Source: Candidatus Thalassarchaeaceae archaeon (GTDB taxonomy: Archaea; Thermoplasmatota; Poseidoniia; Poseidoniales; Thalassarchaeaceae). Taken from it: a DNA stretch of 64,000 nt. The stretch covers positions 133,894 to 197,893 of the forward strand of contig CALSZZ010000004.1 of the NCBI GenBank assembly GCA_943841885.1, written 5' to 3'. Positions 19,749 to 30,566 of this stretch are shown in pieces (position 1 is the first letter of the stretch; every line of letters starts with the position of its first letter). The translations under genes were made by a program, and so were the position numbers. Below the pieces are notes generated by a model, which was given only the letters and a program-made list of their open reading frames with translations, was not told the origin of the DNA and made no database searches.

Positions 19749-21059
19749 ATGGTCCTCTATACTCCAGGGAAAACATCTGGCTATCCAAGTGAAAAAATAG
19801 ATTCAGGAATCCGATTTTATTTTTTAGGCGGTGCTGAAGAAGTAGGGAATGTAGGCTGTATCATAGAAGATAATACTGGTACAAGGTTGCTAATAGATTA
19901 CGGCATGGCACCAACTAGACCACCCAAATATCCATCTGAAAGTCCTAAGGTATTAGATGCTATAATTACACATAGCCATATTGATCATATTGGAATGGTC
20001 CCATGGCTGGCGGGGGCCTATGGAACTACATTACATGGCTCTTCATTAACGGCAAAGGTTTCAGAAATAATGTGGAGAGATACCTATAAAGTATCTTCAA
20101 TAGAAAACTATCCGCTTTCATGGGACAAAAGAGATCTAGATTTGGCGTTAGATTCATGGAAGACTCATAAAATCGGAGAATGGTTTGAAATCGGAGAATG
20201 GAAATGTAAATTCCACTTGGCTGGACATATGCCAGGTGCAATAATGATAGAAATCGCTACTCCCACTGCAACAATTCTCTGGACGGGAGATATAGATACA
20301 AGAGATAGCCCAAATGTAAAGGGAGCAAGCCCAGTCAAATGCGATATTCTTTGTTTGGAAGGCACATATGGGGACCGTAAACACCCGCCTAGGTCCGAAG
20401 AAGAAAAAAGGTTTGTTGATAGAGTAAAAGAAGTTGTTAATCGAGGCGGGGTTGCATTAGTACCAGCCTTTGCTTCTGGACGGGGCCAAGATATTCTTCG
20501 CATATTAAATCGAGATGTTCCACATCTAAATGTCCATTTTGACGGCATGGGAACAAGACTGACTAAGGATTGGCTACAATTTCCTGAATTTAATAATAAT
20601 TTCAAAGATTTATTGAAAACATGGAAGTGGACAAGAAGAGTATATGGTAAAAGTGATAGAAAAAAAGCTCTAGAGGCCGATGTTATTGTAACTACAAGTG
20701 GAATGCTAGATGGCGGTCCGGCCCTTTGGTATCTTAATCGTCTGAATTCTAATAGATCTAATGCAATTTTACTAACAGGTTATCAGGCCGAAGGTTCTGG
20801 TGGTCGAAAACTATTAGATGAAGGCAAACTATCGATTTATGGGAAAATGACTGAAATAAACTTAGAAATTAATCAATACGCACTTTCTAATCATGCAGAT
20901 GGCCCCTCTCTTGTTAAATTTGCCAAAGAATGCTCGCCTAAAGAAATCGTAATATTCCATGCGCCTGCAGAGGGAATTTTAAGCTTAAATAAGGAGTTAA
21001 AAGAAGAATTTAAAGTATATTTACCAGAAAATAATAAACAACTATTTTTGAATCGTTAA
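19749..21059 (+). CDS. Metallo-beta-lactamase / beta-CASP ribonuclease (aCPSF2-like)
   Basis: Motifs GGAEEVG, HSHIDH, AGHMPG, EGTYG, PAFASGR, TSGMLDGG and SNHAD. Confidence 0.9.
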   Translation: MVLYTPGKTSGYPSEKIDSGIRFYFLGGAEEVGNVGCIIEDNTGTRLLIDYGMAPTRPPKYPSESPKVLDAIITHSHIDHIGMVPWLAGAYGTTLHGSSLTAKVSEIMWRDTYKVSSIENYPLSWDKRDLDLALDSWKTHKIGEWFEIGEWKCKFHLAGHMPGAIMIEIATPTATILWTGDIDTRDSPNVKGASPVKCDILCLEGTYGDRKHPPRSEEEKRFVDRVKEVVNRGGVALVPAFASGRGQDILRILNRDVPHLNVHFDGMGTRLTKDWLQFPEFNNNFKDLLKTWKWTRRVYGKSDRKKALEADVIVTTSGMLDGGPALWYLNRLNSNRSNAILLTGYQAEGSGGRKLLDEGKLSIYGKMTEINLEINQYALSNHADGPSLVKFAKECSPKEIVIFHAPAEGILSLNKELKEEFKVYLPENNKQLFLNR

Positions 21060-21120
21060 CCCCAAAATTCACGATTTAGTAGGGAAGTTCATTAGCCGTC
21101 TGTCATAGCAGTTACACTAG

Positions 21121-22764
21121 GTGAGTCTAGACTCACCAGTATATTTGGAATTAGGTGGAATAATGAGTGAATTAGAAAGAATAATGGATGAAAGATTTGG
21201 ATTAACTGATGCAGGCGTATCTTGGCAGAGTGAAATGAGAGCAGGATTGACTACTTTCATGACTATGGCATATATTTTATTGGTAAACCCTGCCATGTTA
21301 AGTGGAACAGGAATGCCTTTTGATGATGTACTATTTGCAACCGCAATTGCAGCATTCATTGGTTGCACTGTAATGGGTCTTTGGGCTAATTTACCTTTTG
21401 CTTTGGCTCCAGGTATGGGCCTTAATGCATACTTCGCCTTTACAGTTGTAATGGAGATGGGCATTCCTTGGGAAGTAGCCTTGGCAGCTGTATTCGTTGA
21501 AGGATTGCTATTCTTGGTCATATCTCTCCCTCAAGTAGGATGGAGAACGAAGATGATTAATTCTATACCTCAAGATTTGAAGATAGCAACAGGCGCTGGA
21601 ATTGGAATGTTCTTGGCAATTATCGGTCTAGAGGAAACAGGTATAATAGTCAACAACGGGGTAACTCTAGTCGGCTTAGACGATACAGCTTCTTGGACAC
21701 ACACATCAGGTGAATTATGGGCTATTATTGGAATAGTGGCCATTGCAGCAATGATGGCAAGGAAAATACCAGGCTCTATTGTTTGGGGTATTTTAGGCAT
21801 GTCTGTAATAGGTTGGGCTCTAGGTGTCTCAGATCCATATAATATGCTAGGTAATGCAGATCCAACATATACTTTCTACGAAGGTGCTTTGTTTGCATCA
21901 AACGTCGACACAACTCCGATGGAAACAATTGGATTTGCTACATATACTGGAGTAGATTTCACCGTTTTCCATGCTCCTGCAGGATGGGGTTCACCGGAAG
22001 CTACAGCACCAAAACTTGGTGACATAATCGGTTTTACTGGACTGCCTGAAGAAACATTATTCGGATTTATAGATGGTTTTGGTGACTTAGATGCTATAGT
22101 AGATGCAGATGGAAATGAAACAAGAGCAGCCTATGAATGGGCGTTAGGAGATTTCCTCCTGGTCATGATAACATTCTTGTTCGTAGATATATTCGATACA
22201 GCAGGTACTCTTTACTCAGTAGGAAGAGCTGCTGGATATGTTGATGATAATGATGAATTACAAAATTCTGATGAAGCATTCATTTCAGATGCTGCAGCAA
22301 CTCTAGTTGGTGCGATGACTGGAACAAGTACAACAACAACATACATCGAATCGGCAGCAGGAGTTGAAGAAGGTGGAAAAACAGGATTAGTTGCATTAAC
22401 ATGTGGTGTTTTATTCCTTTCTGGGCTTTTCCTATCAGGTTTATTCCAAGCAATACCAACATATGCGGCTGCATGTGCATTAGTAATTGTAGGGTCACTA
22501 ATGATGCGTCAGGCTGCAGATATTGATTGGTCAGACCTTGAAGTTGCTATCCCGGCCTTCATAACAATGATTTTGATGCCTTTTGCATATTCTATTGCCG
22601 CAGGTATCGCATGGGGAATAATAGCATATGTATTGGTTAAGTTAGTTGCAGGAAAGTATCAAGAGATCAACGGAGTAATGGCAACACTGTTCGTCTTGAT
22701 GTGTATGTTTTACTTAGGCCCTGGAGATGAAACTACATTTGAGTATCTATTTAGTAACCTATGA
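21121..22764 (+). CDS. NCS2/AzgA family purine permease
   Basis: Motifs AGLTTFMTMAYI, APGMGLNAYF, FDTAGT and TTYIES. Alternative start at 21163 after an AGGTGG SD. Confidence 0.92.
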   Translation: MSLDSPVYLELGGIMSELERIMDERFGLTDAGVSWQSEMRAGLTTFMTMAYILLVNPAMLSGTGMPFDDVLFATAIAAFIGCTVMGLWANLPFALAPGMGLNAYFAFTVVMEMGIPWEVALAAVFVEGLLFLVISLPQVGWRTKMINSIPQDLKIATGAGIGMFLAIIGLEETGIIVNNGVTLVGLDDTASWTHTSGELWAIIGIVAIAAMMARKIPGSIVWGILGMSVIGWALGVSDPYNMLGNADPTYTFYEGALFASNVDTTPMETIGFATYTGVDFTVFHAPAGWGSPEATAPKLGDIIGFTGLPEETLFGFIDGFGDLDAIVDADGNETRAAYEWALGDFLLVMITFLFVDIFDTAGTLYSVGRAAGYVDDNDELQNSDEAFISDAAATLVGAMTGTSTTTTYIESAAGVEEGGKTGLVALTCGVLFLSGLFLSGLFQAIPTYAAACALVIVGSLMMRQAADIDWSDLEVAIPAFITMILMPFAYSIAAGIAWGIIAYVLVKLVAGKYQEINGVMATLFVLMCMFYLGPGDETTFEYLFSNL

Positions 22765-22784
22765 TTTAGATATTACAGTCAATA

Positions 22785-22822
22785 AAGTACTACAGTTTTG
22801 ATTATTTGAAGCTGTAGTACTT
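22785..22822 (+). terminator. Intergenic stem-loop (11 perfect bp, extendable to 14 with a G-U pair) between the permease and apt
   Basis: AAGTACTACAG...CTGTAGTACTT inverted repeat. Confidence 0.5.
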
Positions 22823-22844
22823 CATAACTTAATGGTGATATTTT

Positions 22845-23387
22845 TTGAAAAATGGGATATTAGGGGAACTTGCCAATTCAGTAAGGACTGTACCCAATTT
22901 TCCTATTGAAGGAATAATGTTTAGAGACATCACCCCTATACTTTCTAATCATAAACTTCTTTCTGGTCTGATGGATAAAATCGTGAAAGACTTAGAGCAC
23001 TTAGGATGGTATCCGGATATTATAGTTGGCCCAGAGGCTAGAGGGTTTATCTTTGGGCCACTATTATCAACAAGATTAAACAATAGCTTCGTACCTATAA
23101 GAAAACCTGGAAAACTTCCTTCAAAAACAGTAAAAATAGATTATACCCTTGAATATGGCTCAGGTAGTTTAGAAATACACGAAGACGCAATATTACCAGG
23201 TCAAAAAGTTTTGATTATTGATGACCTTCTTGCTACGGGAGGCACTGTATCTGCTTGTATCGATCTCTGTAAAAAATTAGGAGGAGAAGTCATAGGTACT
23301 GTTTTCATAATAGAATTAGAAGGTTTAGGTGCTAGAGATCTTCTAAGGAATACACCAATATATTCTCTTTTGAAATTTCCTGCATGA
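22845..23387 (+). CDS. apt: Adenine phosphoribosyltransferase (bacterial type)
   Basis: Motifs PNFPIEGIMFRDI, EARGF, IRKPGKLP, LEYG and IDDLLATGGT. TTG start after a GGTGA SD. Confidence 0.93.
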   Translation: MKNGILGELANSVRTVPNFPIEGIMFRDITPILSNHKLLSGLMDKIVKDLEHLGWYPDIIVGPEARGFIFGPLLSTRLNNSFVPIRKPGKLPSKTVKIDYTLEYGSGSLEIHEDAILPGQKVLIIDDLLATGGTVSACIDLCKKLGGEVIGTVFIIELEGLGARDLLRNTPIYSLLKFPA

Positions 23388-23446
23388 ATTTATTAAAGAA
23401 GACCCGATTTATTCAAAGGCAGCATCTACTTCCCGCGGATGTTAAG

Positions 23447-23995
23447 ATGACTGGCAATCCACCTCCTCCTCCGCCTCCACCTCCAAAGGCACCTCCACCA
23501 CCACCCCCAAAGGCAACTTCACCACCACCACCCCCAAAGGCACCTCCGCCTCCACCCCCAAAGGCACCTCCACCACCACCCCCAAAGGGAACTCCACCTC
23601 CAAAGAAATCACCTCAGAGAAATCCAAACAAAGTACCCAAAAGTCTGAGAAAACCATTACCGAGAAAGAAGGCTGCGGAAAGAAAACCATTACCGAGAAA
23701 GAAGGCCGCGGAAAGAAAACCAAAGAAGAAAAAATCTCGTGGCCCTAGATTGAGATTAAGGATACGATCTGCTAAAATCGATACTGAAGTAGATGAGTAT
23801 CAAGACAGGTTAGGATGGGTTACAGCATCTTCTGATTTAATTCCAATGGAAGAAGAAAAGAAAGAACCAGAAACTATGCTCCATCAATGTTCTATGTGTG
23901 GTTCTAGAATGACTATTCCCAGGCCAAAAAGAGAAAGATACAAAGTGATATGTTCATACCCTGAATGCGGTCATGAAGATATGATAGGGATATAA
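23447..23995 (+). CDS. Polyproline- and Lys/Arg-rich protein with C-terminal zinc ribbon
   Basis: KAPPPPPP repeats, a basic tract, and CSMC...CSYPEC. Confidence 0.75.
   Translation: MTGNPPPPPPPPPKAPPPPPPKATSPPPPPKAPPPPPPKAPPPPPPKGTPPPKKSPQRNPNKVPKSLRKPLPRKKAAERKPLPRKKAAERKPKKKKSRGPRLRLRIRSAKIDTEVDEYQDRLGWVTASSDLIPMEEEKKEPETMLHQCSMCGSRMTIPRPKRERYKVICSYPECGHEDMIGI
23459..23722 (+). repeat. Intragenic tandem repeats: about five 24-bp KAPPPPPP-type units and a 33-bp RKPLPRKKAAE duplication
   Basis: Units such as ccaaaggcacctccaccaccaccc. 23648-23680 and 23681-23713 differ by 1 nt. Confidence 0.85.
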
Positions 23996-23996
23996 T

Positions 23997-25517
23997 CTAT
24001 TTTTCATTAATTATCCGACTAGGCATATATAATTTAACTAATATAGCATTAATTAACGCAATTATTGCCATTACAGTTGCTGTTGCTAACATTCCTTCCA
24101 TAAATGCAAACTTAGCATTCTCAATTAATTCTAATCCAACTAAATCCCCGTTCTGAAATAATTCAGCCCCTATTTCCATAGCAGCAGGAAATGACTCAAG
24201 AGGGACCGCACCTAATGATTCCACTAATTCAGTAGGAATTATCATATTTCTTTGATAGACCTCATTTAGTACACTTCCGCCTATAGCAATACCCATTGCA
24301 CCTCCAATTTCTCGACTAGCATCATTTGTTGCACTCCCTACTCCAGCCTTATCTTTTGGTATCGAGTCCATTACGATCGTTGTAGATGGCGCCATTGTCA
24401 ATCCCATTCCAAAACCAAGTAAAAAGAACATACAGGCAAGACGTAGGTATTCAGTGTTATTTTCCACAGTCGTGAAAATAATCATTGCAAAAGTAATCAA
24501 GAGAAGGCCTATAGAAACAATATTATTATTACCAAACCTAGCTGATAATTTGTCACTATTTGCTGCAGCAGGCATAAGTCCTATGGGCAGCGGTAAGAAT
24601 CTTATTGCAGCCTCTAAAGGAGAAAGACCTCTGATTAATTGAAAATGCAGCATCTGGGTAAACATAAATGAAAACATCACGAATGATGCTAATGATATTG
24701 CAATTAAGCCCAATACAAATCCTTTTGATTCAAAAAAATTAATTGGTAACATTGGGTAATCGATTTTTTGTTCCCATTTTACAAATAGATAAGTTAGAAT
24801 TACGCCAAACACTCCTATGAATATTACCTCTTCACTTGTCCAACCTAATGTCGGACCTTCAATGATGGCGAATAAAATAGACCCTAATGCTCCTATTGAT
24901 AGTAATGCACCAACAGGATCAAGAGACCTTTCTTCAGATTCTTTAGACTCTGGAACAAAGAACAAACCCAGCATCAAAGCGAAAATTATTATTGGTACAT
25001 TAACTAAAAAAACCATTTGCCAATCATAATTCTCAACTGCCCAACCTCCAACTAATAATCCAACAGGTGCGCCAATTCCAGCCATCATTGTCCAGATACC
25101 TATTGCTTTCCCTCTTTCTTCAATTGGAAATACAACAATAACAATCGAAAGAGTTGCAGGCATAACTAAAGCCGCCCCAAAACCCATCAAACCTCTAGCA
25201 ATTATAAGATCATTAGCAGAATTTGCAAAAAAAGCCGCAGCAGTTGAAGCCAACCCCACTAACAGTAATCCTACTTGTAATACTATTTTACGCCCATAAC
25301 GGTCACCTAGTGCACCCATGACCAGAAGAGTCCCTCCAAAGATTAACGCATATGCATCTAAAATCCATTGTAATTCTGTATTATTTGCTTTCAAATCTTT
25401 TGATAAATCCGGTAAAGCGACATTAAGTGTCACATTATTTAACATAACAATTACGAGTGATAAACTCATAATTCCTAGTATTAACCACCTTTTTTCATAT
25501 GTGGTATTATTAATCAT
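23997..25517 (-). CDS. DHA2-family (14-TM) MFS efflux transporter
   Basis: Motifs NVALP, GALGDRYGRK, WQMVFLVNVP and LDPVG. Confidence 0.92.
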   Translation of the reverse strand: MINNTTYEKRWLILGIMSLSLVIVMLNNVTLNVALPDLSKDLKANNTELQWILDAYALIFGGTLLVMGALGDRYGRKIVLQVGLLLVGLASTAAAFFANSANDLIIARGLMGFGAALVMPATLSIVIVVFPIEERGKAIGIWTMMAGIGAPVGLLVGGWAVENYDWQMVFLVNVPIIIFALMLGLFFVPESKESEERSLDPVGALLSIGALGSILFAIIEGPTLGWTSEEVIFIGVFGVILTYLFVKWEQKIDYPMLPINFFESKGFVLGLIAISLASFVMFSFMFTQMLHFQLIRGLSPLEAAIRFLPLPIGLMPAAANSDKLSARFGNNNIVSIGLLLITFAMIIFTTVENNTEYLRLACMFFLLGFGMGLTMAPSTTIVMDSIPKDKAGVGSATNDASREIGGAMGIAIGGSVLNEVYQRNMIIPTELVESLGAVPLESFPAAMEIGAELFQNGDLVGLELIENAKFAFMEGMLATATVMAIIALINAILVKLYMPSRIINEK

Positions 25518-25583
25518 ATAACATCCTTTAACTTGAGATTATTAAATACATCACCTACAATAAGAATACCCCCTCGGGCATAT

Positions 25584-27398
25584 ATGGGTAAACATACATT
25601 TGCAGTAATTATTTCCCTAATGTTCGTATGCGTTATTTTTTCCGGTTGTATATTTTCATCTACAAAAGAAATAGAAACTCATAATATAGACCTGCAGTAT
25701 CCTTCTTTGAATGAAAGATATAATTTAGATTTTCAAGATAATCATACCTTCTCTTATGTTTTACAAAGAGGCGGACATTTTCCACTAGAAGTTCAGGAAG
25801 TATTTATTGAAGTAGATACTTCAGATATATGGGAAACAGGTCCTGATAACTCTATTGTACACCTATCTTATTGGTTACCTAATAATACTTTAGATGGAGA
25901 AAAAGTCCCTGTTATTGCAATAATAAGTCCATATTTCTCATATGGACTACAAGGAGACGAATCTACACCAACAAATATTGTAAGCGCAGGAAGAGGAGAA
26001 TTTATTTTTGAAAATTTTGTACCACATGGTTATGCTTTTGCACAAGTATCAGTTTTCGGAACTGAACTTTCAAGTGGATGTTTTGACTATCGTGGAGCGG
26101 GAGAGGGACTGGGCATACATCATGCTGTTGAATGGCTTGGGATGCAAAACTGGTCTAATGGAAACGTCGGCCTGTATGGCAAATCATATGAAGGAGCCAC
26201 TCAATGGGAAGCTGCAGCTTTAGCAAGCCCATATCTGAAAACCATAGTTCCTATTTCAGGTACTACAGCATTACATCCTTTGCTCTATAAAAATGGAAGC
26301 GCAGAAGCCAGAAGTCAAGTAATGCATATGAACTACTTTTCAAGTACAGTAGACTATGATGAAGATGATTTGGATAACGTTTGTCCTGATATTATTGAAG
26401 GACTTTTCGCTGGACCAATTACATATGGTGCAGGAGAATTAGATCCATACATGTCTAATTATTATGATGAAAGAAGCCATATCGATAAAGCATTTAAAAA
26501 TTGGAATGGAAGTGTATATTGGATACAGGGACTACAAGATTGGAACGTAGACCCTCACCAAGTTTTCGGTGGTCCAATAGGCATTAATTGGTACCAAGAT
26601 TATATTGATGCTGGTTATGAAATTAGAGGGATGTTTGGACAATGGGAACATAATTATCCAGATCAGTGGTCTAAACATAACGCACAAGAAGGCGGATATG
26701 GCGGAGAAGCAATTCAGAATATGACGAGGTGGGACTGGGCCCAAGATTTATTTGAATGGTATGAATATTATCTAAAAGAGAAAGGCCCTAAACCAGACCT
26801 TTCTGTCCAGATACAACGGAACGATGGTCAATGGAGAACTGAAGAAACATGGCCCCCAAAAGATATTGACTGGACAACACTACCTTTAGCAGAATGTAGC
26901 AGTTCTGGTGTATTCATTGGAGGAGGGGCACCTGCTATTGGAGGCGGCCAGTCTACTGAGATCATATGTCCAGCGATATCTGAAACAAGAAATATCTTAA
27001 TTTCTGGCCTAATAAGATTACACCTAGAAGCAATTGCCACATTCGATGGTGGACAAGTATTTGCTGAACTTCAGGATTCTGAAACCGGTTTGAGAATAGG
27101 TCATGCCACAATGGATATTAGATATCATGCAGGAGGAAATAATCCACAGACAGTTACTCCTAACCAACAAGTTACAATGATGATGGAATTTCAAGCAATT
27201 GATTCGATATTACCACTCGGGCACGGTTTGAAAATAATATTAACAGATACAGGTGAAGATTATTTGGCACCAGCTTGCGGTGCAGCCTGTGTTGTTCATA
27301 TCCTTCCCTCCTCATCTTCAATGTATATCCCTGAAATTATTCGTAATGGTAGTAATATTTTTCAAACATATCAAAATTTAGATGCCGCGAACAATTAA
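25584..27398 (+). CDS. CocE/NonD (peptidase S15-like) serine hydrolase, lipoprotein
   Basis: Lipobox IFSGC, SPY oxyanion motif, nucleophile GKSYEG, then DWNV and WEH. Confidence 0.88.
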   Translation: MGKHTFAVIISLMFVCVIFSGCIFSSTKEIETHNIDLQYPSLNERYNLDFQDNHTFSYVLQRGGHFPLEVQEVFIEVDTSDIWETGPDNSIVHLSYWLPNNTLDGEKVPVIAIISPYFSYGLQGDESTPTNIVSAGRGEFIFENFVPHGYAFAQVSVFGTELSSGCFDYRGAGEGLGIHHAVEWLGMQNWSNGNVGLYGKSYEGATQWEAAALASPYLKTIVPISGTTALHPLLYKNGSAEARSQVMHMNYFSSTVDYDEDDLDNVCPDIIEGLFAGPITYGAGELDPYMSNYYDERSHIDKAFKNWNGSVYWIQGLQDWNVDPHQVFGGPIGINWYQDYIDAGYEIRGMFGQWEHNYPDQWSKHNAQEGGYGGEAIQNMTRWDWAQDLFEWYEYYLKEKGPKPDLSVQIQRNDGQWRTEETWPPKDIDWTTLPLAECSSSGVFIGGGAPAIGGGQSTEIICPAISETRNILISGLIRLHLEAIATFDGGQVFAELQDSETGLRIGHATMDIRYHAGGNNPQTVTPNQQVTMMMEFQAIDSILPLGHGLKIILTDTGEDYLAPACGAACVVHILPSSSSMYIPEIIRNGSNIFQTYQNLDAANN

Positions 27399-27450
27399 TT
27401 GAAACCCAACTATTAGTAGGATTGATGTCTTGGTACTCCTAGGATACAGC

Positions 27451-27969
27451 ATGGCCCTCCCCCGTCGAGCAATGGAACAGATGGGTTTCGCAATTTGTTG
27501 TTTGATGTGTGATGCCAAAGATATTGCAGGAACCCTCAGATGCAGAGATTGTATCAATGATCATGCTAAAAGTAGAGAAAAATTAAACCAAGGCCCTCCA
27601 AAGTCTAAAGCTGACAGACTCGCTAGAGAATTCATAACAATGCTAGCCAATCCTTCCAAACATATCGACGATTCTAATCATGGTAATTCTATGATATATT
27701 ATTCTTCTTTAATTGATAAACATAATGGTATTTCTCCCGCTAAAACGGCCAAAGAGATAGGGAAAAGATTTGAAGAACTAAGAAAGAAAAAAGACAAATC
27801 AATAATTAGGGATGTAGCAAACCAAAACAAATGGTCAGAAAAACCTCCTGATTTCTTTGAAAGAGAAGAATTATTACAACTTATTACAGACGGTAATTCA
27901 ATAAATAATTTAAATTGGGACAAACTTCTCTCCGAGGTTGGTGAACTATTGGAAGATGACGATACTTAG
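27451..27969 (+). CDS. Hypothetical protein with N-terminal Cys4 zinc finger
   Basis: CLMC...CRDC. The ATG at 27451 is preceded by TTGATGT at -29. Confidence 0.7.
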   Translation: MALPRRAMEQMGFAICCLMCDAKDIAGTLRCRDCINDHAKSREKLNQGPPKSKADRLAREFITMLANPSKHIDDSNHGNSMIYYSSLIDKHNGISPAKTAKEIGKRFEELRKKKDKSIIRDVANQNKWSEKPPDFFEREELLQLITDGNSINNLNWDKLLSEVGELLEDDDT

Positions 27970-28005
27970 CGACGGGTTGATACGAGACGCAGTGGTGAAG
28001 AATAT

Positions 28006-28818
28006 ATGCCAGCAGACCGAGATCCTCGTGCCTGGTGGTTAGATGACGACCCATTTGATAAAAAAGATTATACAGAACGCCGAAACAATAAAACTACCCA
28101 ATCTTCAAGTAACAGTTTTGAGCAAAATCCATTTCAAGATATCTTAAATGATTATTTTGGTGGTAGACAGAGGTATAATATCCCAATCCACAGAGGCTCA
28201 ATATGGCACTTTTCTAGAATTGAAATAAAACATTTGACTCAAGCAACAATGGCTTTCACACTCGCCTTAGGATTTATGGGAAGGGGTATATTTGGGGCGT
28301 TAAATTCCCCAACTGTTTTCATTTATTGGGGAATACTCTACTTTATTTCACTAACACCTGCTTTTTTGTTACATGAAATTGCACACAAAATTGTCGCCAG
28401 AAGATATGGGTGCTGGGCCGAATTTCGTGCCAACCCTGCAGGACTAAGGTTTGGAGTAATATTAGCCGCAGTTCTAGGGATTGTCTTTATGGCACCCGGG
28501 GCAGTAATGGTTTCAGGAAGAACTACTAGAACGCAGTTTGGACGTATCGCTTTAGCAGGACCAGTAACAAACGTATTTCTTTGGTCAGTTGGTATAATAG
28601 GTGCTTTTTTACTTGGGGGGTTGAATGATCATCTGGATCAGATGCTAAGAACATGGCTCTGGGGGAACTCTATTCTAGCAGCATTTAATATGTTACCATT
28701 TGGTCCTCTTGATGGTAAAAAAATAAAGACTTGGTCAGAGACTGTATTTTATGTTTGGTTGTCAATAACTCTAGCTACTGTGTGGATAACTTTGAATTAT
28801 ACTTCAGACATTTTATGA
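28006..28818 (+). CDS. M50 (site-2 protease) family membrane metalloprotease
   Basis: Motifs HEIAH, AGPVTN and FNMLPFGPLDG. Confidence 0.9.
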   Translation: MPADRDPRAWWLDDDPFDKKDYTERRNNKTTQSSSNSFEQNPFQDILNDYFGGRQRYNIPIHRGSIWHFSRIEIKHLTQATMAFTLALGFMGRGIFGALNSPTVFIYWGILYFISLTPAFLLHEIAHKIVARRYGCWAEFRANPAGLRFGVILAAVLGIVFMAPGAVMVSGRTTRTQFGRIALAGPVTNVFLWSVGIIGAFLLGGLNDHLDQMLRTWLWGNSILAAFNMLPFGPLDGKKIKTWSETVFYVWLSITLATVWITLNYTSDIL

Positions 28819-28823
28819 ATTAA

Positions 28824-30566
28824 TTAAATATTATTCAAAACAGGACTCTCATCACAATGGAAAAACGTCAGAAGAGCCCACCATGTTATCATATCCAAAC
28901 TATTTACTAAATTTGCAACACCAGTATTTTCATCTCCATACCCCTTTCCCATTGTATCCATCCATTCTTCCATTTCTTCTAATGTATCACAAGTCTGATG
29001 ATAACACCAATATCCATCCACTAAACCACCATAGCCAACAGTTACAGTACCTAAATTATCTTGGAAGCTAGCATGATCACTTCTTGCAGTTGTATCTTCA
29101 TATACTATAATTTCAGGTCTATCCATATCTAACCAAACGTTTGTTTTCCATGTTTCTGCTGTATAATTTAATCCAACCAATGTCCCCATTTGTTCTTCTA
29201 GGCCGAGAGCATCAGAACCAATCCAATTGGATAGACCGACCATCTCTGGTTGGTCTAATTTGTCATGATTAGGGCCAGGACCAATGTAAACTCTCATTGG
29301 CCAAACCTCATCATCCTTTGGATATCCATCTTCATCAATAGCAGGATCAGGATCGCCGTGGGGTGCTCCACCTCCTCCCGGCCAATTTACTCCTGCCATA
29401 TCTAAGTTAATATAATTCGTAACTACTACATCGGGATTGTCTTCTTTAACATAATAATCTGTCCAGTAATCAGATCCTCTTTTACCACCTTCTTCACCAG
29501 ACCAAAGGCAGAAAACCATGGTTCTCCTACTTTCAAATTCAGATAGTGCTCTCGCCGTCTCTAAAACCATTGACGTACCTGCCGAATTATCATAAGCACC
29601 AACCCTAGTCCCATAAGTACGCTGTCCCGTTATATGAGGATCCAAAAGAACTGCATTTGCTGGCGGAGCAACATCAAAATGTGCTCCAAAAACTAACCAT
29701 TCATTGGTTACTTCTGAACCCCATTTATACGCACAGACATTGTAGGATTCTGGATTTTGATTACCAAATATATCAGTAAACTCAAACCTATGAGATTTTA
29801 CATCAAGACCAAAATCAGTTAATTCATCTATTAAATACAAAGCCGCATCTTCATATGCTGGATTACCTTGCCCTGCCCATCTATCATAATATCCATTTTT
29901 ACCATCAATGACATCAAATGAATCTGTTGGATCTGTTATTTCAAATAACCTATCATAAACAGTTCTACCATCAACAAGACCACTAGAATAAACACCGCCT
30001 TCGGGAACACCAACACTCATGGTTCTCTCTATAAGTATTGATTTGAAAATGACGGGACCTCCGGTATTGATACTATTATTCACATAATCATATGAATTAT
30101 TTCCATCCGCAGCCACTCTTTCAATGCCGTTATATGAATTTCCGGTATTACCGCCTCTATCTTTCCACGAATTCCAAGATTCATCATCACCTCTTATTGG
30201 CCAATATTTTCTACCTTCTTCACCAATCATAAATATCATTGATTCTATTCGCGGAGGAACTAGAATTGACAATTCTTTAGTTTCTCCACTGGATAAGTCA
30301 AAAATAGTTGAATTTTGCACATAACCTGTGACTTCATCTTTTATCAAATAAGGAATAAAAATGGACATATCTGAGGTAGAGCGAAATTCAAAATCTTGAA
30401 AAAATCCTCCTTGAGCAATTTCATTGCCTATAATTTCAATAAGAAGACTATCTGCATTGAGATTTTCATCATTAGGTTCTAGACATCCGCTCAAGGGCGC
30501 ACCCAAGATAGTTGTCACAAGTAATAAAGCAATTATGGGTTTAGAATTATTCATTTTTGAAAACAT
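28824..30566 (-). CDS. M28 family metallopeptidase, lipoprotein
   Basis: Lipobox LSGC; motifs GAHFD, GAYDNSAG, GEEGG, NLDM, SDHASF and YHQTCD. Confidence 0.9.
   Translation of the reverse strand: MFSKMNNSKPIIALLLVTTILGAPLSGCLEPNDENLNADSLLIEIIGNEIAQGGFFQDFEFRSTSDMSIFIPYLIKDEVTGYVQNSTIFDLSSGETKELSILVPPRIESMIFMIGEEGRKYWPIRGDDESWNSWKDRGGNTGNSYNGIERVAADGNNSYDYVNNSINTGGPVIFKSILIERTMSVGVPEGGVYSSGLVDGRTVYDRLFEITDPTDSFDVIDGKNGYYDRWAGQGNPAYEDAALYLIDELTDFGLDVKSHRFEFTDIFGNQNPESYNVCAYKWGSEVTNEWLVFGAHFDVAPPANAVLLDPHITGQRTYGTRVGAYDNSAGTSMVLETARALSEFESRRTMVFCLWSGEEGGKRGSDYWTDYYVKEDNPDVVVTNYINLDMAGVNWPGGGGAPHGDPDPAIDEDGYPKDDEVWPMRVYIGPGPNHDKLDQPEMVGLSNWIGSDALGLEEQMGTLVGLNYTAETWKTNVWLDMDRPEIIVYEDTTARSDHASFQDNLGTVTVGYGGLVDGYWCYHQTCDTLEEMEEWMDTMGKGYGDENTGVANLVNSLDMITWWALLTFFHCDESPVLNNI

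Noticed and set aside
23442..23723. Minus-strand ORF with VPLGVVVE repeats
   Set aside because: Antisense shadow of the polyproline repeats.
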